A DNA stretch of 49,983 nucleotides. Source: a virus (lineage: Duplodnaviria; Caudoviricetes). This document shows positions 43,694 through 49,983 of this stretch, piece after piece. The translations under genes were made by a program, and so were the position numbers. The stretch spans positions 1 to 49,983 of the IMG/VR virus record IMGVR_UViG_3300025769_000189, one strand, 5' to 3'. Under the pieces are notes generated by a model. It saw nothing but the letters and a program-made list of their open reading frames with translations. It was not told the DNA's origin and ran no database searches. Each line of letters starts with the position of its first letter. The first letter of the stretch is position 1.

Positions 43694-45525
43694 TATCTAC
43701 CTCCATCTGGTTGAACATCGAGACGTAAAGTTCCAAATCTCCAGTTATCTCCAATAGCGTCACTTTCTATTTTTAACTGTCCTTGTCTACCTCGACCTCT
43801 TATATCAAATTTTGTTGTAGTTGTCGATACAGTGGATGTTTTAACAATAGAAGTACTTGATGAAGGATAAGTTTTAAATGTCAAAGATAAATCTACCGAA
43901 CCTGCTAAGTTTTGAAAATCAGGTATGCCTCTACCAATATGTAAAAGTTGTTGACCATCTTGTATATCAAAATCACCTGATGTAACAAAAGCTGTCATTG
44001 CTTGGCCATCAGCATCAAATCCAGATTCTTGTATATAAAATGTAGAAGCTCCTGGAGTTAATCCTAATATACTAGGAGTTGTAGCCGTAGCTGTAGAAGA
44101 ATATTCTGTTGCATAAGGATTTTCATATACTCCATAATCAACCCATGATGTTCTTGCCATACTTCCAATAGACCAAGAACCTTCTAGATAATTAAGAGTA
44201 ACATATCTATCTATTTGTTGAGCATTAAGACTACAATAAAACCAAGTTATTTCATTTTTTTCTGAATTAAGACCACAGAATGTTTCTGGTTGAGTGGTAA
44301 TATTAAAATCACTAAATACATAATCTTGCACACTACAAGGTAATTTTTTAACTGCACCGTCAAACATATAGAAGGAGTTTTGAGACATCCAATAAGTAAT
44401 ACCATTAACATCTTTAACACAATGATTTGATACAGCTCCGCAGTTAGCACCTACTTGATTTAATGAAAATGTAAAAGGTGGTCCTACAAATTGTAATGCG
44501 TGTAAAGATGTATCAGTCCACACTAATATTGCTCCCCTAGATCTTGCTGCTGCCATAATTTTAGAACCATCTTGAATTCTAAATGACCCAGCTGTGTTTG
44601 TTGCAGTAGGAACCCATGTTTGAAAATCTTCTTGAGAAGAAAAACGTAAGAACAAAGGATCTGCACTAGAAGAAGTTCCTATAATTGTTTCAGTACCAAA
44701 TAATAATACATGTCTATCAACGGGAGATACTAAATTAAATCTAGAGTTTGTTGGAGCCTGTGTAACAATAGCAGCTGGTGTACCAAATCCAACAGAAGTG
44801 TCCCATCTAAATGTTCCACCTTCACTAACTGTGGCTAATAAATCTTCACCAAAATTATCAAAAGACCATTGTCTACCATCAATTTTAACAGTAGATGTTG
44901 AACGAGGTGTGTTCCATGTTCCATCATTCCAATCTCCTGTTCCCCATCCATAACCATATGCAGAAGCTGATAAACCAGTGCTTATATCATAAGTTGCTGT
45001 AACTGTTCCTCCTCCATTTCCTGTAGCATTAGCCGTGCTTCCTGTGTAAGTTATTGTATAAGTATTAGCATCAACGTAAGTTGATATTTCAAATTCTTTA
45101 TTCATATCTAAACCAGCTGTGGCAGATGCTCCACTAAACGTAACAAAGTCACCTGCTAAAGCTCCATGAGCTGCGTCTGTTACTGTAATAGTTGCACTAC
45201 CAGACACCGTTGCAAAAGGATTACTTAGTCCTGCTTGCGTTGCTCTAACAGGAGTAATATCATAAGCAGTTCCTTCAGAATAAACGTATAATTTTCTGTC
45301 TGTGCCAAGGGCCATGTATCGTATACCATTAAGATCGGACCAGGCATGCATATCTCTTACAACACCAACCAAAGTTTGTTGAATTAATTTAACCCAACCA
45401 CCAATCTTTTCTGGTAATCCATATCTAAAACGTACTAAATCTGAATCAGTCCAACGACCTTCTGCACCATATTCAGTGTTTTGTTTATCTATTCCTGGAG
45501 CAAATTCTATTTTAGTAAGAGGCAT
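43693..45525 (-). CDS. Tail nozzle/stabilisation protein (P22 gp10-like beta-propeller)
   Basis: PGI.K..T.Y..EG.W.D.D.VRFRYG.PEKIGGW, WSFDNFGEDL, LVWTDT.L, WR.G..RLD.QPDG.R. Confidence 0.8.
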   Translation of the reverse strand: MPLTKIEFAPGIDKQNTEYGAEGRWTDSDLVRFRYGLPEKIGGWVKLIQQTLVGVVRDMHAWSDLNGIRYMALGTDRKLYVYSEGTAYDITPVRATQAGLSNPFATVSGSATITVTDAAHGALAGDFVTFSGASATAGLDMNKEFEISTYVDANTYTITYTGSTANATGNGGGTVTATYDISTGLSASAYGYGWGTGDWNDGTWNTPRSTSTVKIDGRQWSFDNFGEDLLATVSEGGTFRWDTSVGFGTPAAIVTQAPTNSRFNLVSPVDRHVLLFGTETIIGTSSSADPLFLRFSSQEDFQTWVPTATNTAGSFRIQDGSKIMAAARSRGAILVWTDTSLHALQFVGPPFTFSLNQVGANCGAVSNHCVKDVNGITYWMSQNSFYMFDGAVKKLPCSVQDYVFSDFNITTQPETFCGLNSEKNEITWFYCSLNAQQIDRYVTLNYLEGSWSIGSMARTSWVDYGVYENPYATEYSSTATATTPSILGLTPGASTFYIQESGFDADGQAMTAFVTSGDFDIQDGQQLLHIGRGIPDFQNLAGSVDLSLTFKTYPSSSTSIVKTSTVSTTTTKFDIRGRGRQGQLKIESDAIGDNWRFGTLRLDVQPDGGR

Positions 45526-46442
45526 TATGCAATCCTTATAAATCTATATTTCATTTCACCAGCGCCACCGCTAGCACCAGAAGATTGAGGTTGTCCACCT
45601 CCGCCTCCACCGCCAGAACCTTGAGACCCTGATCCTGCTGATGATCCTGCAGGTCCTCCAGAACCCCCAGATACATTACCATCGTAAGAAGCAGCTCCAG
45701 CGCCACCAGTTTGTTGACAGTTATCTCCATTACAGTTTTGACCAGTTACACCTGCAACACCATTACCACCTGAATTAAAAGTTCCTACTTCTCCTGTATT
45801 AAAACTTGTAATGTTGTCACCATCAACAGTAGTTCCTGAAGATAAAGAAGATCCTAAAGTAGCTGTTCCTCCAGAACTTGGATTATTACTACGAAGAGGG
45901 CCTTGTACACCTCCACCTGTTCCTGATCCGCCTACTCCTCCACCTAAAGAAAATATTGCTCCAGTACTTGCCCCTGTTAAACTTGTTAATCCTCCACTAC
46001 CAGCAGTTGAATTGTATGAGCTACCTGCAGATTGTGCACCTGCAGCTCCTACTACAGCAGTTAAAGTTTCTCCTCCAACAACTGTATATACTTTATCAGA
46101 AATGTAAGCACCTGATCCACCGCCTGTTCCACCTGATTCTCCACCAGCTTTATCATACTCAGCTCCTACAACTCCACCGGCTCCACCACCAACTGCCTGT
46201 TGTATATGAATAGCATTAGCATTGGCAGGAACTGAAAAAGTTGTTGTACCTGATCCTGCTGTAGTAAAACCTGCAGGAGTGTCAAATAAAGTAAAAGCAG
46301 TTCTCCACGAACCACCATCTTTTATATAGGCGTTTGTAATTGTTTTGTTTGTAAATGAAGTAGCATCTCTTACATAAAGTTGTGAGCCAGCACTTGAGCT
46401 TATCTCACGCCAAGTACCACCGTCTTTAACATAAATTGGCAT
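45525..46442 (-). CDS. Glycine-rich tail fibre/tip protein
   Basis: YVKDGG.WR repeats and GGGGGG runs typical of glycine-rich domains. Confidence 0.75.
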   Translation of the reverse strand: MPIYVKDGGTWREISSSAGSQLYVRDATSFTNKTITNAYIKDGGSWRTAFTLFDTPAGFTTAGSGTTTFSVPANANAIHIQQAVGGGAGGVVGAEYDKAGGESGGTGGGSGAYISDKVYTVVGGETLTAVVGAAGAQSAGSSYNSTAGSGGLTSLTGASTGAIFSLGGGVGGSGTGGGVQGPLRSNNPSSGGTATLGSSLSSGTTVDGDNITSFNTGEVGTFNSGGNGVAGVTGQNCNGDNCQQTGGAGAASYDGNVSGGSGGPAGSSAGSGSQGSGGGGGGGQPQSSGASGGAGEMKYRFIRIA

Positions 46443-46448
46443 AAGGCA

Positions 46449-46700
46449 TTATGTATATTTGTACCAAATATCTCCATCAGATCCACCACTTGGTGAATTT
46501 GTACTTACGGTTCTGTTTCCATTAACGTTTGTACCTGCTGTTGCAGAAACAAAAGCTTGTACATCACTACCAATAGCAACACCTAAATTACTTCTAGATG
46601 TGTCCTTTGCAGCAACATCATTTAAATTTTCTGATTCTTGCATTACTCCTGTCACAGCAGTGCCTGAAAATTTATATTTGATAGATTCATAAGTTGGCAT
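46449..46700 (-). CDS. Short tail-fibre-associated protein
   Basis: NL.DV......R.NLG and PSGG.DGDIWYK motifs. Confidence 0.7.
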   Translation of the reverse strand: MPTYESIKYKFSGTAVTGVMQESENLNDVAAKDTSRSNLGVAIGSDVQAFVSATAGTNVNGNRTVSTNSPSGGSDGDIWYKYT

Positions 46701-46701
46701 A

Positions 46702-47418
46702 TTATTTCTCCGTTAGTTTCCATCCATATGTAGCTCCTGCATATACTAAAGAAAATGCAGCATCTTCAGTAGCTACGGTTAAATCTGTTGTCGCTCCATT
46801 TATTTTATTACCATTTCTTGCAACAGTTAAATTGTTTGTATCAAAAGTACTAGCTAAATCTATAATACGAATTTCATCTCCTGATATTGGAGATGCTGGT
46901 AAAGTAATTGTAATTACTTGAGACGAAGTATTAACAAAAATTTTATCACCAGGAAATGCTGTATAGTTTCCTGTTTTTGTTACCCAATCTGTTCCTGATG
47001 TTTGAAGAACAAACCAGTTAGTCCCATCAGTAGCTAAGAATACACTAGTACTAGGTTGAATAACATAAGTGTTACCTGCTGCACCTAATCTAGCTGTAAT
47101 AGTAAAAGAAGCATTATTGTTTCTTAAAAAATAAGTTTTTTGAGTAGCTTGAAATTGAATAATAAAATTTGAAGAGTGTCCTGTAAATATAATAGCAGCT
47201 TGTCTTGATTCATTATCAGCTTGTGTAGCACTAATACTTTGAGCTGAGGTTAATGTGTAAGGACTAGAAGCTGCTGATAAGTTCTTTGTATATACGCCTG
47301 CAATAGAATATTCTAAGCCATACTGTAGGTTATTATTAGTAGTATTACCCCAAGCATTAGCTTGTTCTCCTGATCCTATAAGTTCTAAATTTAATAATGC
47401 CGAATAAGTTGATGCCAT
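46702..47418 (-). CDS. Tail fibre proximal/adaptor protein
   Basis: MAS.YS..L.LELI..GEQA..WG..TN.N; ITLPASP..GD.I...D...F..NNLTV.RNG..I.G...L.V. Confidence 0.75.
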   Translation of the reverse strand: MASTYSALLNLELIGSGEQANAWGNTTNNNLQYGLEYSIAGVYTKNLSAASSPYTLTSAQSISATQADNESRQAAIIFTGHSSNFIIQFQATQKTYFLRNNNASFTITARLGAAGNTYVIQPSTSVFLATDGTNWFVLQTSGTDWVTKTGNYTAFPGDKIFVNTSSQVITITLPASPISGDEIRIIDLASTFDTNNLTVARNGNKINGATTDLTVATEDAAFSLVYAGATYGWKLTEK

Positions 47419-47425
47419 AATTTTC

Positions 47426-48289
47426 CTATGCTGCGTCCTGCCAAGTTATTGTATCAGAATCATCTACCTCTGTCCATGTTGAAGTTTCTGAATCATTTAC
47501 TTCATTCCAAGTAGATGTCTCTGAGTCATCTACTTCTGCCCATGCAAAAACAGCAGTAGAATTAGATAAAGCTATCGCAGTTGTTAATCCTGCAACAACT
47601 GGAGTACTATCTTGTATTAAAGTAACACTATTTAAAGCACTTGATATAATATTACCGGTTGGTAAAGCTGTTGAGTTAGCTACTATAGAAACATTTCCTG
47701 TTGTTAAAGTACCAATACTTTGACCGGTAACTTCAATTTCTCCAGTAGCTTCTACTGTAACATCAGATATAAATGTTTGAACAATGTTAGTTGAGACAGG
47801 GACCAGGGTTACTGCATCAACAGTAACTGTTCCTGTAGTAAGACCACCAATACTTTGACCGGTAACAGATACATTAGCATCAGCTGTAACAGATACATCA
47901 TTTGTAAATATATCCAAGTCTGGTTCGGAAGAAGCATCAATAGAAACTTGACCTCCAGCTGTAACACCATAAGTTCCAATTGAAACTGTACCAATGTCCT
48001 GTCCTGTTACTACAACAGTAGGATTAGATATAATATCAAGAGTTACATTAGCAACGGTAGAATTTATATCTTCACCGGTTACTAAGACAATAGTATCCGC
48101 AATTACAGATTCAGTTCCTTGTACTATATTAAGAGGATTGCCACTAACGGCTATAGTTTGGCTCCATGAAGCAACAACTGTTCCAGTGGTAAGAGTACCA
48201 ATGTCTTGTCCTGTAACAACCGCTACCGCATCTTGTTTACCAAGGGACGATATCGGACCTTCTGCAAATGCTAGGATCCCTAACGTCAT
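47426..48289 (-). CDS. Repetitive beta-strand tail protein
   Basis: VTGQ(D/S)IG.L.TG.V repeats; C-terminal W.EV.DS.T.TW repeats. Confidence 0.7.
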   Translation of the reverse strand: MTLGILAFAEGPISSLGKQDAVAVVTGQDIGTLTTGTVVASWSQTIAVSGNPLNIVQGTESVIADTIVLVTGEDINSTVANVTLDIISNPTVVVTGQDIGTVSIGTYGVTAGGQVSIDASSEPDLDIFTNDVSVTADANVSVTGQSIGGLTTGTVTVDAVTLVPVSTNIVQTFISDVTVEATGEIEVTGQSIGTLTTGNVSIVANSTALPTGNIISSALNSVTLIQDSTPVVAGLTTAIALSNSTAVFAWAEVDDSETSTWNEVNDSETSTWTEVDDSDTITWQDAA

Positions 48290-48292
48290 GCG

Positions 48293-49357
48293 CTATCTCG
48301 CTGTTGTGGGAACGCCCGCTGAACTTACAAAAGGATTTTCTGCAAAAGCCATAAAAGATATAGGACTGCCGTCTGCATTTATATCTCCATTATCTTCTCT
48401 GATTTTTACTCCATTAGCTAAAAAATCAACATCATTTACGCTGTTCCCTGTAGATTGTTCGTTATTTGCATTTACCTCTATATAGTAATCTAGTTCGTTA
48501 CCTCCCCCTGAACTACTTCTTTTATTATCCCATAAAGTCCAATATGAAGCGTTATCTATTCTTTTAGTCATAAACCAAGCTGGCTTAAAACCAGTATAAA
48601 TAAAAGGGCCGTTTGTGCTACCATTACCAGTATACGAACCAAATTTGCTATAACCTTGTTTTTCACTAAAGCAGTAAGCTATGTAAGCTGTTCCACTTTC
48701 ATTACCTTTGGTATTAGTGCCTAAATAAAAAATACCATTGGTAGGTGCAGTATTACTAAAGTACCCTGCATCTGTATCTGCCGCCGCTGTTAAATTTAAA
48801 AATGTGGCTTTTGTAGGTCCCATTGCTTGATGATAAACCATCCAATCTCTAACTCCATCAGTTCTTTTAAAAATAATTGCACTTGGAATTGCAGTTAAAC
48901 CATGCCCTACAGTTGCACCATTAACTCCATTTCCTGAATACGAAACAATACTAAAACCAGCAGTTGTATTTGCTTGCACGGTAGAAGTAATTGAGCCAGA
49001 CCCGTTACTAGAAGTAGTACCGCCATTAGCTTTCCAACCATAATTAATATAAGTTTGACCATTTTGATTTTGATTATTAAGACCACTACATGTAAACCCA
49101 TCAGTATTAAATGCATTTAAACCAAAGCCATCTTGACCATTGCTATTATCGGACATTATCCTGTTACCAGCTCCTCTTGTGCTATCTACCCAATACCAAC
49201 TATCCCCAGCTGAACTTAGTTTTCTTCCAACACATAAATCAGGTTGCATACTAGAATTTCCTTCATATGTTTTAGTGGTGGGATTAACGCCATTGCCACT
49301 GTAAGATAATGATTGGCAATGTGCTGTTCCGTCATTTATTGTTGTATATACACCCAT
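48293..49357 (-). CDS. Tail fibre-associated lectin-like protein
   Basis: QPD, DSTRG, AN.TAGFSIVSY.GNG, GHGL, YIAYCF....GYSKFGSY.GNG, MAFAE.PF. Confidence 0.75.
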   Translation of the reverse strand: MGVYTTINDGTAHCQSLSYSGNGVNPTTKTYEGNSSMQPDLCVGRKLSSAGDSWYWVDSTRGAGNRIMSDNSNGQDGFGLNAFNTDGFTCSGLNNQNQNGQTYINYGWKANGGTTSSNGSGSITSTVQANTTAGFSIVSYSGNGVNGATVGHGLTAIPSAIIFKRTDGVRDWMVYHQAMGPTKATFLNLTAAADTDAGYFSNTAPTNGIFYLGTNTKGNESGTAYIAYCFSEKQGYSKFGSYTGNGSTNGPFIYTGFKPAWFMTKRIDNASYWTLWDNKRSSSGGGNELDYYIEVNANNEQSTGNSVNDVDFLANGVKIREDNGDINADGSPISFMAFAENPFVSSAGVPTTAR

Positions 49358-49358
49358 A

Positions 49359-49983
49359 TTAACCTCCGTATGCTCCTAGGTTCTTAGTACATAACGCATA
49401 AAACCCTGATGGTACAGCGTATTCGAAGTTACCATATCCGTTTGCATCAGAATTTCCTGACGCTATAGTATATGAAGGATTGCCAAAATTAAATTGACAA
49501 GATGCTGTAGAACCAATTCCATTTTGAAAGGTTGGAGTAATAAAATTACCCGCAGTATAACCTGAAGAAAAGTTTTTTAATTCTCCTGATCCACCTGCTG
49601 GATTACCACTATTCATCCATGTTCCATTTTTACCATAATATATTTTTGTATTATCAGCATCAACAGCTACCATTAAAATATCTCCATTAGAACAAGCAGT
49701 AGAGTTAACAGTTTCTGTGCTTCCATTAAATCTAAAATCATTAGAACCGCCTGCACTATTTGTAACTAAAGCTGTTTGTTTTAAATTATTGTCATTAGAA
49801 CTTAGAGTACTATCATTTGATAATTGTAAAATATTAGAATCTAAATTTATCCCTGTTTCTACTTTATTAACAAGTTTAACTTCCCAATACCATTTACCTG
49901 CACTAAATGCCATTGTACCTGCTGCTCCTTGATCGTTTGCTGTGTTAGTTGCTACTAAGTTGCCGTTAGATAAAGTTACAGAA
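49359..49983 (-). CDS. SPRY/ConA-like tail fibre protein, 5' end outside the window
   Basis: GKWYWEV, VA.D.DN.KIY.GKNG.W, NFG, G.F.Y.VPSGF.ALCTKNL; frame open to the window end. Confidence 0.8.
   Translation of the reverse strand, partial: SVTLSNGNLVATNTANDQGAAGTMAFSAGKWYWEVKLVNKVETGINLDSNILQLSNDSTLSSNDNNLKQTALVTNSAGGSNDFRFNGSTETVNSTACSNGDILMVAVDADNTKIYYGKNGTWMNSGNPAGGSGELKNFSSGYTAGNFITPTFQNGIGSTASCQFNFGNPSYTIASGNSDANGYGNFEYAVPSGFYALCTKNLGAYGG

Noticed and set aside
278-49932. Many short antisense or nested ORFs in the track (e.g. 278-475, 655-894, 1702-1941, 12117-12557, 34697-35047, 47994-48485)
   Set aside because: Opposite-strand shadows of well-supported genes, with no RBS or motifs.
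1-49983. Prophage, retron/DGR, tRNA genes or stop-codon reassignment
   Set aside because: No integrase, att-flanked host genes, reverse transcriptase or cloverleaf seen; genes are full length under the standard code with all three stop codons used.

Overview
The whole window is a slice (probably most) of one AT-rich dsDNA tailed-phage genome. No host housekeeping genes, rRNA, tRNA, CRISPR array, integrase or transposase were seen. Minus strand 1-15804 is the head/packaging module: TerL, a 1444-aa polyvalent protein, a P22-like portal, small basic proteins, holin, GH24 lysozyme, GroES, scaffold, a Mu-gpT-like major capsid protein and decoration proteins. 15805-23463 is a control/early region with small leftward genes (VRR-NUC, HNH, TerS, GcrA-like, RHH, DUF6378, SNF2 helicase) and a dense set of cis-elements. 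Plus strand 23616-32618 is the replication operon: SSB-like protein, AEP primase, UvrD-like helicase, PAPS-reductase-like protein, L762 PolA and a PD-(D/E)XK exonuclease. Minus strand 32722-49983 holds ejection/internal proteins and podovirus-type tail genes. Gene content resembles marine alphaproteobacterial (SAR11-like, HTVC023P-type) podophages; this is an inference from recalled family features, not a search result. The most notable observations are: (1) a short [F/Y/M/A]-x-x-G-G tag repeated about 20 times across basic and ejected proteins; (2) four copies of a tripartite (CCGG)3 repeat module between terS and terL; (3) a manA-like structured RNA; (4) a riboswitch-like pseudoknot/anti-SD leader before the ejection genes; (5) a structured element between the SSB and primase genes; (6) a GTTACACC iteron array.
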